Virus record (IMG/VR): IMGVR_UViG_3300028198_000005
Coordinates: 1-55,796 of that record
Reading direction: 5' to 3' (one strand)
Length of the DNA stretch: 55,796 nucleotides
Source: a virus
Taxonomy: Duplodnaviria > Caudoviricetes
Below are positions 25,454 through 34,419 of the stretch, piece after piece. The first letter of the stretch is position 1; each line of letters starts with the position of its first letter. The position numbers were made by a program, and so were the translations under genes. The notes beneath the pieces were generated by a model. The model made no database searches, was not told where the DNA came from, and saw only the letters and a program-made list of their open reading frames with translations.

Positions 25454-25758
25454 TGGGTATCGTGATTGGGTTTGACCCTGATGGGTACATTTCGAGTAAA
25501 TTCCTTATAATTTTTATCTAGCTTTTCGTCTAGTTTATCGAACCTGTCATGTATGATATCTATAGCGCGAGTTAAATCATTTCTAGATGCATAGTTTTTA
25601 GGTAGTTCGATTGCCATATTTGTTATTTTTTCTGTCACGTCATCATGCTTCCTCCATAGATCATCTATACTCTGGTATGCTCTTTTGATAATTAGTGCAA
25701 CCATGAAGCCCCCAGCGGCCAAAACACCCTCGATAATATAATGTACTGAATTATCCAT
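25450..25758 (-). CDS. single-TM coiled-coil protein (holin-like or membrane)
   Basis: N-terminal TM; LPKNYASRND...RFDKLDEKLD. Confidence 0.55.
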   Translation of the reverse strand: MDNSVHYIIEGVLAAGGFMVALIIKRAYQSIDDLWRKHDDVTEKITNMAIELPKNYASRNDLTRAIDIIHDRFDKLDEKLDKNYKEFTRNVPIRVKPNHDTQ

Positions 25759-25882
25759 GTAAACATAGATATCTTACACAAATTTGGGCAATAACAACAA
25801 TCTAAATGGTAAATATCTCCCAAAATATAAAATAAAATTTAAAGTTTAGCAATTTTTACTGTAGAATTTACAAATTTGACAT

Positions 25883-25897
25883 TGGCACGAATCCTGC
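25883..25897 (+). promoter_or_regulatory. sigma54-type -24/-12 element
   Basis: TGGCACG-AATC-CTGC, 15 nt before ATG 25913. Confidence 0.55.
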
Positions 25898-25912
25898 AGT
25901 GTAGTATTTGTT

Positions 25913-26491
25913 ATGTTTATCAAAAGTATACTTAAGATAGGGTTAGTTGCTGCCACGACGTCAGCGTTAACAGTTTCAGCGCAGGTCGCTAAACCCACAC
26001 CAGCGTCGGATATATGTCCAGCCGCGCCTAAACCAGATAAACCTGAGAAGGGGAAGCCTGAGCGCGGTGGCAAGAAATTTGATCCGGCCAAAGCCAAGGA
26101 GAGGCTTAAGGCAGCTTTCGATAAACGCAGGAAAAAGCGCGGAGACGCAAAGAAGCGCGGTCACAAGGTTCATGATCGCAAAAAGGGCGACCACGAGAAA
26201 GATAGTGGGTTCGGCAAGCTCGTGAGAGACGACGCCAAGATCAAAGAGCTCAAGGACGCCTTCTCTAAGGCCGCTAAGGGGCTCAAGGGGGCTTTTGATA
26301 GAGCTGGATGGAAAGATGCCACCGACGAAGAGAAAAAGGCTCTGAGGGAGAAAATGGCAGCTTCGAGAAAAGAGTGGGCGCAGCAAATGAGAGCTCACCA
26401 AAAAGAAGTACATGCCCGCATCAAGGAAATCCGCGAGGAGTTCAAAAATAACCGCGATGAAGTTATTGATGGAAACAAACCCGGAGAATAG
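25913..26491 (+). CDS. exported, highly charged helical protein
   Basis: Signal peptide; K/E/R-rich. Confidence 0.7.
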   Translation: MFIKSILKIGLVAATTSALTVSAQVAKPTPASDICPAAPKPDKPEKGKPERGGKKFDPAKAKERLKAAFDKRRKKRGDAKKRGHKVHDRKKGDHEKDSGFGKLVRDDAKIKELKDAFSKAAKGLKGAFDRAGWKDATDEEKKALREKMAASRKEWAQQMRAHQKEVHARIKEIREEFKNNRDEVIDGNKPGE

Positions 26492-26513
26492 GCTATATAC
26501 AATATAAGTAAAT

Positions 26514-26747
26514 ATGAAACTTAAAATACTTGACTGGAAATCATTCGCGATTGGTGTATTGTTGACCACTACGGTAATACTTGGAACAGGTGCTACATCC
26601 AGCCCGTTGATCATTTCTTGGGACCCAACTCAACAGTGGGAATATAAAACCTCCAATACTAAAAATATTCCCGAAGGCTGGGAGCCATTTGCTTATGACA
26701 GCAACGATAATTTTGATCCACTCCTCTTACGGCGTCGTATAAAATAA
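26514..26747 (+). CDS. small membrane-anchored protein (QWEYK motif)
   Basis: DWKSFAIG TM; QWEYK; EGWEP. Confidence 0.6.
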   Translation: MKLKILDWKSFAIGVLLTTTVILGTGATSSPLIISWDPTQQWEYKTSNTKNIPEGWEPFAYDSNDNFDPLLLRRRIK

Positions 26748-26765
26748 TCGAGACTCTATAAAGCT

Positions 26766-26793
26766 AAAAGCCCCGTGAAAACGGGGCTTTTTT
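26766..26793. terminator. bidirectional terminator
   Basis: AAAAGCCCCGT/ACGGGGCTTTT between convergent genes. Confidence 0.85.
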
Positions 26794-26794
26794 A

Positions 26795-27133
26795 TTAACT
26801 TGTTATTTCAGGGCCTACTCTAACGAGACCTTCTTGAATTCGAATAACATTCGCACCGCTCGTTACTTCAACGTCGTATCTTAAATCTCCTACGATTAAA
26901 GCGGCGGTTTCCGTCGCAGTTAAAGAAAGGTCGACTAGTCCGTTAACATAACTGTCTTGGACGCTCGTTGTGAAGTCAACCAGAGAAGTTCCCGTACTAT
27001 AATTATACTTGATTTTACCGGCGGCAGAATACCCAGTGAGGTTCAACAGGTTTCCATCAACGTCATAACCTGTTATAGTGGTCGAAAACGTTGATCCCTG
27101 ATCTATTAGTAGATTTGATTTTGTATAAGCCAT
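26795..27133 (-). CDS. virion beta-sandwich protein (BppU-N-like)
   Basis: IDQGSTF, NLTGY, LSLTATET, YDVEV and RIQEG motifs. Confidence 0.65.
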   Translation of the reverse strand: MAYTKSNLLIDQGSTFSTTITGYDVDGNLLNLTGYSAAGKIKYNYSTGTSLVDFTTSVQDSYVNGLVDLSLTATETAALIVGDLRYDVEVTSGANVIRIQEGLVRVGPEITS

Positions 27134-27173
27134 TTTTTATCCTATGCCGTGGGCCATTTTAATATATTACACT

Positions 27174-27202
27174 AAAAAAACCCCGTTCAAGTTTGACGGG
27201 GT
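27174..27202 (-). terminator. rho-independent terminator
   Basis: ACCCCGT/ACGGGGT stem with T7 on the minus strand. Confidence 0.65.
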
Positions 27203-27230
27203 CACGTTATACGTCTATTTTATTTGGATT

Positions 27231-27467
27231 TTATGGAATTAAATTTTCCAGTATTTTATCCTTAGCTTTATCTTTGGCTTTATCAGCTACCTTATCCACC
27301 ACTTCATCTACGGCGGTATCGACAGCCTGTTTAACTACTTTCTCTTTGAGTTGTTGTCCAAAAGATTTCTCAACTACGTTAGTAGTTGCCGAAGTTTCCG
27401 TGGCAGCTTCCTTATTACTGCAAGCTGCCAGAAAACCCAATAAAGCTATCGCAGCGTATTTTTTCAT
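27231..27467 (-). CDS. lipoprotein
   Basis: MKKYAAIALLGFLAAC lipobox. Confidence 0.65.
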   Translation of the reverse strand: MKKYAAIALLGFLAACSNKEAATETSATTNVVEKSFGQQLKEKVVKQAVDTAVDEVVDKVADKAKDKAKDKILENLIP

Positions 27468-27627
27468 ACGCAATATATTACACTAATTTTAGTAACGAAG
27501 GTTTGCTAAAACTAGCAAATGTGTATTTTATGATATGAAAAGGAAGAATTATGATATTTTACCTGAAGATTGGTCTGGCGAGGACTATACGGTGTGGGTT
27601 TGGTAAAACTGTTGTGTAATATAAGGA

Positions 27628-29175
27628 ATGAGTGAACTGCATACTTTAGCCAGCAATGGCAACATAAAAGGTATTAGAAAAGCTTTATCCGAAGCAGCCG
27701 TCAAGAGAGCATTTTCATCTTTGGACGAGGAACTGGGCTGGACCCCTTTGCATTATGCCGCAAATTACAGCAAGGCGAAAGTAGTACAGGTTATATTAGA
27801 AGCGGGCATATCTCCGAATATTAAAAGCTCTCCCCCTCAGCACGAAAAACAAAGCGACTGGAATCTTGCTCTCCAGAAAAACGAACATGCTAAAGACCCT
27901 GTCGTATACCCTATGGACGTAGCAGAAGGCCCTAGTCGTCTTAAAATAATAAACAACTTAAAAGCAAAAGGGGGTAAATTTTACGGAAACGACATGACTC
28001 TTCACCAAGCTATTCAAATGCAGGATATGGATGAAGTAGAAACTCTCTTAGAAGATGAGTCTATAAGAGTAAACGGCAGAGATGGCCGGGGGTGGATGGC
28101 TATACATTATGCCGTAGAACTAAACAGTCAAGAGATGTGCGATTTATTATTTGAGTATAAAGCTAACCCTAATGGCTCCTGTCATGACGGACAGTTAAAT
28201 CCTTATGAAATTGCCTTAGACAACAACCATGAAAATCTTTTAAAATACCTAAAAACTAAAGGTTGCCTCAAAAACCCAAATAGAAACAAAACGAGACAGC
28301 ACAAGACGGTATCGACCACGAAAGTCGGAGTAGCCAAAGACCCTAGAGAATACAAGTCAATGGAGTTTCAGGACGTTAAACAGGCGCCGAAAAGCTTATG
28401 GGGTAAAATGACAGAGTCTAAATCCGACAGGGAAGCTCGAGACGCGGCCCTACAAAAAGAACATGACGAAAGAAGTGCTCGAATAAAAGAAGCTACCGAC
28501 AAAGCCAAAAAAGACGAGGAGAGAATAAAAAGGTCCAGAGTTATAACATGGAAATGGGGAGAAGATCCATTTTCCTGCAAAGGGGACTCTATTACTTACG
28601 ATAGCCCCTGTGAATCTTATACATATTTTATGGATATTGTGGGGTATTCCAAAAAAAGCACCGCAATGCAGAAGAAAGTGATGGATGATCTTATAGCTAT
28701 AGTTAAAGGGACAGAAGGCTATCAACAGGCCCAAAGACAAGGTAAGCTGATTGTTCTTCCGACTGGAGACGGAATGGCTCTCGTCTTCTTCAACAGCGTT
28801 CACGCCGCTTTTAAATGTGCCGTTGACGTGGGTAAGAAATGCTACAAGAGCGCAAGCATAGGTTTAAGGAATGGGCTTTATACAGGCCCAGTTGTCCCTG
28901 TGAGAGATATAAACAATAACCCTAATGTTAGTGGGCACGGGATCAATATGGCTCAAAGATGTATGGATGCTGGAGATAATGACCATATTTTAATCTCTAA
29001 TGGTGTATATATGAATGTTAGTGAAATGGGTATTCCGGGTCTAAAATTTGAAGATTGGGGGCCAGTTATTGTAAAACATGGATCTACGGTCCACCTTCAC
29101 ACAGCTTACGGCCCCAACTTCGGTCGCACGGAGTTTCCCGACTGGAGAGGAACAAAGAAAGCAGAATACAAATGA
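27628..29175 (+). CDS. ankyrin-repeat protein fused to a class III adenylate/guanylate cyclase domain
   Basis: GWTPLHYAA and GWMAIHYAV ankyrin repeats; FMDIVGYSK, PTGDGMAL, RNGLYTGPV and GHGINMAQR cyclase motifs. Confidence 0.85.
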   Translation: MSELHTLASNGNIKGIRKALSEAAVKRAFSSLDEELGWTPLHYAANYSKAKVVQVILEAGISPNIKSSPPQHEKQSDWNLALQKNEHAKDPVVYPMDVAEGPSRLKIINNLKAKGGKFYGNDMTLHQAIQMQDMDEVETLLEDESIRVNGRDGRGWMAIHYAVELNSQEMCDLLFEYKANPNGSCHDGQLNPYEIALDNNHENLLKYLKTKGCLKNPNRNKTRQHKTVSTTKVGVAKDPREYKSMEFQDVKQAPKSLWGKMTESKSDREARDAALQKEHDERSARIKEATDKAKKDEERIKRSRVITWKWGEDPFSCKGDSITYDSPCESYTYFMDIVGYSKKSTAMQKKVMDDLIAIVKGTEGYQQAQRQGKLIVLPTGDGMALVFFNSVHAAFKCAVDVGKKCYKSASIGLRNGLYTGPVVPVRDINNNPNVSGHGINMAQRCMDAGDNDHILISNGVYMNVSEMGIPGLKFEDWGPVIVKHGSTVHLHTAYGPNFGRTEFPDWRGTKKAEYK

Positions 29176-29375
29176 CGAATAAAAGAAATAGACTAAATCA
29201 CTTATTTATCGTCTTTATGTTAATTTTGTTACTTCTTTTCGGGTTAACCTATTCTCCTAAAGCGCCCGTAAAAAGAACCGGTATTTTCATCCCTTTATTC
29301 GGTCATTTTTACCCCGAAGCATCAACCAATGTTTTTTCGATGCCGAATTCAAGATATGGGTCGGGGATAAGATAA
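29172..29375 (+). CDS. small membrane protein
   Basis: ATGA coupling; N-terminal TM. Confidence 0.45.
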   Translation: MTNKRNRLNHLFIVFMLILLLLFGLTYSPKAPVKRTGIFIPLFGHFYPEASTNVFSMPNSRYGSGIR

Positions 29376-29550
29376 GAAAGCTAAATAAAATGAGCAGAAC
29401 CACGAGAAACAATTTAAACCTAGAAACCGGCAGGTCAGAGAAGACAAGAGATAATAAGCCCCGCTGTGAATGCTGCTGTAATCCTCGTCGCAGCAAATAC
29501 GGCAATAAAAAAGAAAAGCTAACCATACAAGAGAGAAAGGAAATCGGATA

Positions 29551-29706
29551 ATGAAAAAAAACATTCACTGTATAAATCCAAATTGTTTCGATGACAACTG
29601 TCATGGATCATGCGAATCAAAAGACATGGATATGAACGAAGAACACTGGGATAGTTTAGCTAGAGATTTTTCGCTTAAAAAGGAAGAAAGCGATCAAGAA
29701 GACTAG
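29551..29706 (+). CDS. small Cys-rich protein (51 aa)
   Basis: CINPNC...CHGSC; upstream AAAGGA. Confidence 0.4.
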   Translation: MKKNIHCINPNCFDDNCHGSCESKDMDMNEEHWDSLARDFSLKKEESDQED

Positions 29707-30003
29707 CATTATGCCCGTAATGTAAAAATGAAAAACCCAATAGGAGAAAAACTTCTTTTAATTGTGGGATGGATAGCTGTTTCACCATTTGTGATTCAGT
29801 ACTATGTTATAGAGGGGTTTAAGTGGATCATGAAAAAAATAAAAAAAGATAAGATATAATGACAGAAAAGAACAATAAACCCCTTCGAGTTAAGTGGGAA
29901 ATGGCTGATAAAAAGAGAAAGAAGTAGTTCCCGGAACGTGACTTATTCACGACCATAGTAATAACAATAATTGTAGGGGCCGCTATACTAATTAAAGCTT
30001 ATA

Positions 30004-30192
30004 ATGGCTAAACTGATAGGGAAACCAACATGGAGGAACCTTTATCACTACTTAAGGCGCGAAATCAAAAAAACGTGGAAAGAATATGCAATAATAGCTG
30101 GGGGAGCCTTCTTGGGGATACTGCTGCTTATTCTTTGGATTACATATGCTAACTGGGAGTTTAGGTCAACATACGGAGGCTTTTTAAAATAA
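30004..30192 (+). CDS. small membrane protein
   Basis: One TM helix. Confidence 0.5.
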   Translation: MAKLIGKPTWRNLYHYLRREIKKTWKEYAIIAGGAFLGILLLILWITYANWEFRSTYGGFLK

Positions 30193-30196
30193 CTTT

Positions 30197-30394
30197 GTGA
30201 ATATAGAATCTATAACTCAAGAAGCCCTGACTATAGCAGTATATAAGGAAATAGAATCTTCGCGATTAATGGAAGCTAAAGAATTAGACGATATTAACAG
30301 AGTCAAACAAATAGACGAAGTTCAAGAGCTTAACGCGTTAATGAACGCTGAAGTGATGATAAACCAAGGAGGCTTCTTTGATTTATATGTCTAA
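30197..30394 (+). CDS. hypothetical protein
   Basis: 65-aa ORF ending GGFFDLYV. Confidence 0.5.
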   Translation: MNIESITQEALTIAVYKEIESSRLMEAKELDDINRVKQIDEVQELNALMNAEVMINQGGFFDLYV

Positions 30395-30411
30395 GATAGA
30401 ATTATAGAATA

Positions 30412-30762
30412 ATGAAATTCCATTTGTATTTAAAACAGCTTAGATCCGTACGGTTCAAGGACACTAAAAAATTATGCATGATGCTTGGCGTCTCAAAAGA
30501 GAAATGGCGTAAAATTGAACGAGGAATAAACCCTCCGCCTCGAAGATCGCTATTAAACAAGTTTTGCGTTTTGACGGCCGCTTTAAGTTATGAACAGGCC
30601 CAGCTTTTCGAGCTCGCTAGAAGATGGACGCCGCATGAAAATACTAACACGGGTCACCATAGACTGCTGAGCGAAAACTCTAGTCCTGAATGGATCCAAG
30701 CGATGACGAAAGAAAATACCCCTGACTACCCTATACCCAAAGAGTGGTCTAGGTCTAATTAA
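30412..30762 (+). CDS. XRE-family HTH protein
   Basis: YLKQLR...LCMMLGVS...KIERGINPPP. Confidence 0.7.
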   Translation: MKFHLYLKQLRSVRFKDTKKLCMMLGVSKEKWRKIERGINPPPRRSLLNKFCVLTAALSYEQAQLFELARRWTPHENTNTGHHRLLSENSSPEWIQAMTKENTPDYPIPKEWSRSN

Positions 30763-30769
30763 GTTGCCT

Positions 30770-31732
30770 CTACTCCGTGCTCAAAAAAGCTGAGGTGGGT
30801 GGTGTGAAACTAGATGTATAACGAGCTTCACCTTTCGTGATTCTAAGTTCGTCTATATAACCATTAAAAGGATAATCAGTAGGAGGTTCAGATCTGCTGT
30901 CCATACCTACTATAATATTCTGCGTTGTATCCGTTATTGCGCCCGACCAAGTAGCGGTCGCGTTGGAGACGCCATTTCTGTATATATTTATAGCAGTTCC
31001 GTTGCGGACAACAGCTACATGATGCCAAATATTGTTTGTCCATCCACTTGTACTTCCGGCCTGAACGTTTCCGAGATTAGTGCGAAGCCCTAATCCATCT
31101 TCCCAACTACCCTTGCTAGAGAAAACAACCCTGAAACCACCGCCAATCTGATTGCCTATAATATCTTGATGATACCCCGCCATTATATCTGTAGCGTACA
31201 TCCAAAACTCGATGGTGAAATCACTACTGCCAAAATTAAAATCAGCACTATTTAGAACTTTTGCGTAATCGTTGGATCCGTCAAACTTAGCGCTGCTCCC
31301 CCCGAACTTGCTTTGGGTTGTGGAGATTTGAGTCCCGTTATGAAACGTAACCGTATGACTGTTCGTGGTGCTGTCAGTAGTTGTAGTAGCTCCGTCTGAG
31401 CCGTCAAAATGAAGCAGGAGCTTAAGGTTAGCATTGCCAGCAGAAGCAGTACCCTCGTAAAGCCCAGTAGGAGTCATGGATATAGTTCTAAAAGATGAGT
31501 CTACTGCATCCGTTATTAAATTATCTAGTCCAGCATAATGCAACGAGCTATAATACACTCTACCTAAATGGTTTCTTAAAAAAGAATCATCTGCCGCATT
31601 TCCGGAAGTTAAAACTCCTGTAATATGAGGTTTGTATCCTGTTAGCTCGGCTTTGTTTGGTGCCGAGTGAATCATATTAAGAAGAGCAGTTTTCCCTTCG
31701 CCGTTATAAGTTGGATTGGTTCCTTGACTCAT
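30770..31732 (-). CDS. LamG/concanavalin-A-like domain virion protein
   Basis: LLLHFDG, SKFGGSS, DFTIEFW, WHHVAVVR and GYIDELRITKG motifs. Confidence 0.85.
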   Translation of the reverse strand: MSQGTNPTYNGEGKTALLNMIHSAPNKAELTGYKPHITGVLTSGNAADDSFLRNHLGRVYYSSLHYAGLDNLITDAVDSSFRTISMTPTGLYEGTASAGNANLKLLLHFDGSDGATTTTDSTTNSHTVTFHNGTQISTTQSKFGGSSAKFDGSNDYAKVLNSADFNFGSSDFTIEFWMYATDIMAGYHQDIIGNQIGGGFRVVFSSKGSWEDGLGLRTNLGNVQAGSTSGWTNNIWHHVAVVRNGTAINIYRNGVSNATATWSGAITDTTQNIIVGMDSRSEPPTDYPFNGYIDELRITKGEARYTSSFTPPTSAFLSTE

Positions 31733-31738
31733 TTTAAA

Positions 31739-32239
31739 TTATTTCCTTGTGGTTTTCTTATTATTTTCTCTTTCAACGACTTCTACCTGCATAGGAGCTG
31801 GCTGAATAAGGGCCTCTTCGGTTCCTATGTACCCGGGATCCCCTCCCGATGGTAGGTATGGGACTTTCCCGTTTTGCATTAGCTTCTTTTCTATAGTTAA
31901 TTGTTTTAATTGCTCATTAGGAACGACCATTTTAGATGATCTGTCTGTCATGTAAAAGCAGGTTGTTCTTATGCCTACTCTCACTATTCGTGCCTGACGA
32001 CCTGAAATATATATTATGTCATCATTATTAAAATCACTCCCCATAAACACTAATAACGCTTGCGCGAAATTTATAATCATGTCTTTCGCTAATATCGCTG
32101 CAAGTGCGCCCATTATAAGCCATCCGTACTGCCCAACCAAGTCCTGAGCCACTTTCTCTGCTTGCTCTGTGGTTACTCCTTGGCTTAATAGGCTGACGGC
32201 ATGAGGCACCGCATTTGTGATTTCGTTCATAATCCTCAT
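31739..32239 (-). CDS. MscS-like (mechanosensitive channel beta-domain) membrane protein
   Basis: TM segment, then DIIYISG...IVRVGIRTT...VVPN. Confidence 0.6.
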   Translation of the reverse strand: MRIMNEITNAVPHAVSLLSQGVTTEQAEKVAQDLVGQYGWLIMGALAAILAKDMIINFAQALLVFMGSDFNNDDIIYISGRQARIVRVGIRTTCFYMTDRSSKMVVPNEQLKQLTIEKKLMQNGKVPYLPSGGDPGYIGTEEALIQPAPMQVEVVERENNKKTTRK

Positions 32240-32268
32240 AGGTATTTACACTTAAAATAGTGTATAAT

Positions 32269-33036
32269 ATGAAGATGCCTAAAGTTAAAAGCGTAGAGGG
32301 CTTTGATTCCCTTGAGGTTACGAACGGAAAAATCAAAATTCACCAAAGAGGCCCAATTAAACCAAAAGATAATTTTTATATAGAAGAATTACCTTGGACA
32401 AACAAACAAAAGAGTTTTTTAGAAGTTGCATTAGATAAATCTACTAGGCTTATTTTATGCAAAGGCCCCGCGGGAAGTTCTAAAACTCTAATATCAGTAT
32501 ATGCGTCCTTAAACCTCCTTAACCAAAGTAAAGTCTCAGATATTCTTTATATGCGTTCTGCGGTAGAGAGTTCTGATGCTAGACTGGGTTTTCTCCCCGG
32601 AGACGCTGATGAAAAGCTCCATTATTATAATTTACCATTTATGGATAAATTAGACGAATTACTAAGCGAAGAAACAGTAAAAAAACTTCAAAAGGAAAGA
32701 AGAGTCTCTATTCATCCGGTTAATTTTGCTAGAGGAATGAGCTGGAATGGAAAAGCTATATTACTTGACGAGGCTCAGAATAGCTCTTTTCGGGAAATAG
32801 TTACTGTTTTGACTCGTATCGGTAAATATTCTAGATGTGTTATAACAGCTGATCCTATGCAGACAGATTTAAAAAACGGAAACCGAGGAGGCTTCGAGAA
32901 AATCTATCACGTTTTCGATAACGAAGAGAGTAAAGATAAGGGAATCCATACTTTCGAATTCAGCGAAGAAGATATCGTAAGGTCAGAATTAACCAAGTTT
33001 ATCGTATCAAAACTCTCCGAAGTAAATATTACTTGA
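32269..33036 (+). CDS. phoH: PhoH-family ATPase
   Basis: GPAGSSKT, LGFLPGD, FARGMSW, LDEAQN, LTRIG and DIVRS motifs. Confidence 0.92.
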   Translation: MKMPKVKSVEGFDSLEVTNGKIKIHQRGPIKPKDNFYIEELPWTNKQKSFLEVALDKSTRLILCKGPAGSSKTLISVYASLNLLNQSKVSDILYMRSAVESSDARLGFLPGDADEKLHYYNLPFMDKLDELLSEETVKKLQKERRVSIHPVNFARGMSWNGKAILLDEAQNSSFREIVTVLTRIGKYSRCVITADPMQTDLKNGNRGGFEKIYHVFDNEESKDKGIHTFEFSEEDIVRSELTKFIVSKLSEVNIT

Positions 33037-33298
33037 TCTGTTTATTAATTAATCCAGCTAGGACAGAGGAGAACTTTCTAACCTCTCTCTCGGACTTGTC
33101 CCAAAAGAAAGCATGAGTCACTTCTTCTATTAAAGTGCTTAATTTCCTTCTTTTCTTAAGCTTTGGGTCTACTAGGATCTTAGGATTGTCCATTTCCGGA
33201 GAGTGGCATAAACCATCTGCGTTATAAGTATAATGGGGCTTTCTCCATATTAGCTCGTATTCCACTCCGTCCGAATTTTTAAACTTGACGTTTTCCAT
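33029..33298 (-). CDS. zincin-like small protein (degenerate HExxH)
   Basis: GLC...ILVDP...TLIEEVTHA. Confidence 0.55.
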   Translation of the reverse strand: MENVKFKNSDGVEYELIWRKPHYTYNADGLCHSPEMDNPKILVDPKLKKRRKLSTLIEEVTHAFFWDKSEREVRKFSSVLAGLINKQIK

Positions 33299-33371
33299 AT
33301 CTTTAAAGATTACACACTTTTTTTTAGAAAAAAGTTTTTTTTACCATAGAATATATAGTGTAAATTCATTT

Positions 33372-33737
33372 ATGAAACTATATTGCAGTAAATGTGGATC
33401 CGGACATTCGTACTCCATGCAGAAGCCAAAATTTTGCGCTAACTGCGGTAAGTCTTATATGTCGACTCCGTCCGCTATAAAGAAAAAGCGAATTGCAGCC
33501 AAACCTGCCGAATCTAAGGCTAAGTTAGAAGATGACGAAGAGTTCTTTGAAGTGGGGATTGATTCGTTGGAGTTCGATCTAAAAACCTCTTTCGCGAATG
33601 TTCATAAATTGGGGGATATCGTAGGAAGCGCTACAGAGGAGCAAGCGGAAGGATCTAGAGAGAGAGATCCTAGTTATAACAAGGGGAATATTGAGAAGGA
33701 CTTCTTAAACGATGCGGGGAGCATAAAGAAGTCATAG
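33372..33737 (+). CDS. Zn-ribbon protein
   Basis: YCSKCG...KPKFCANCG. Confidence 0.7.
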   Translation: MKLYCSKCGSGHSYSMQKPKFCANCGKSYMSTPSAIKKKRIAAKPAESKAKLEDDEEFFEVGIDSLEFDLKTSFANVHKLGDIVGSATEEQAEGSRERDPSYNKGNIEKDFLNDAGSIKKS

Positions 33738-33738
33738 G

Positions 33739-34419
33739 ATGCCGAGAAAAAAGAAGCTTAAATTTGAAGATTGTATAGAGCAAATTGACTCAGAAATAAG
33801 AAAAAGAAAAAGCAGATGGAACTTGACTGCTCTTTCTTGGATGGATTTTGATGATGTTTCTCAGATAATTAGAATTCATATTTTTAAAAAGTGGCATTTA
33901 TATGACCAGTCTAAAGCTTTAGCTCCTTGGATAAATACTCTTATCTCTAATCAAATTAAAAATTTGATCAGAAACAATTATGGAAATTACTGTAGACCTT
34001 GTTTAAAATGTGCAGCCGCAGAGTCCGATTCTCTATGCTACATCTACGGAACCCAAAGTTCTGCTTGTCCGCTATTCGCTCAGTGGGAAAAAACAAAAAA
34101 AGCTGCGTACTTAACTAAACTTCCCTCACCCCTAGAATCGGTAGAGCACGAAACTGAAAATATGCAGTTGCAGGAATTTGACTTTGATACGGTATTAGAA
34201 AAACTAAATAAGCAGCTCAAAGAAAAACTAAAAGAAAACGAATGGATAGTCTATCAGAACCTTTTTCTAAAAAGAAAAACAGAACAAGAAGTGGCGAAAA
34301 TGCTAGGGTATAAAACTTCAGAAAAGAACAGGAGTCCCGGATACAAACAAATCAAAAACATAAAAAAATCTATTATAGAAAAAGCTAAGGAAATAGTATC
34401 GGAGGATATGCATATATGA
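33739..34419 (+). CDS. phage sigma70-family factor (probable late sigma)
   Basis: Region 2-like DFDDVSQ...YDQSK..LAPWI...NQIKNLIR; region 4-like EQEVAKMLGY. Confidence 0.7.
   Translation: MPRKKKLKFEDCIEQIDSEIRKRKSRWNLTALSWMDFDDVSQIIRIHIFKKWHLYDQSKALAPWINTLISNQIKNLIRNNYGNYCRPCLKCAAAESDSLCYIYGTQSSACPLFAQWEKTKKAAYLTKLPSPLESVEHETENMQLQEFDFDTVLEKLNKQLKEKLKENEWIVYQNLFLKRKTEQEVAKMLGYKTSEKNRSPGYKQIKNIKKSIIEKAKEIVSEDMHI

Noticed and set aside
25976-26614. 212-aa hydrophobic antisense ORF
   Set aside because: Mirror of the Lys/Glu-rich plus-strand gene, which has a signal peptide and a promoter.
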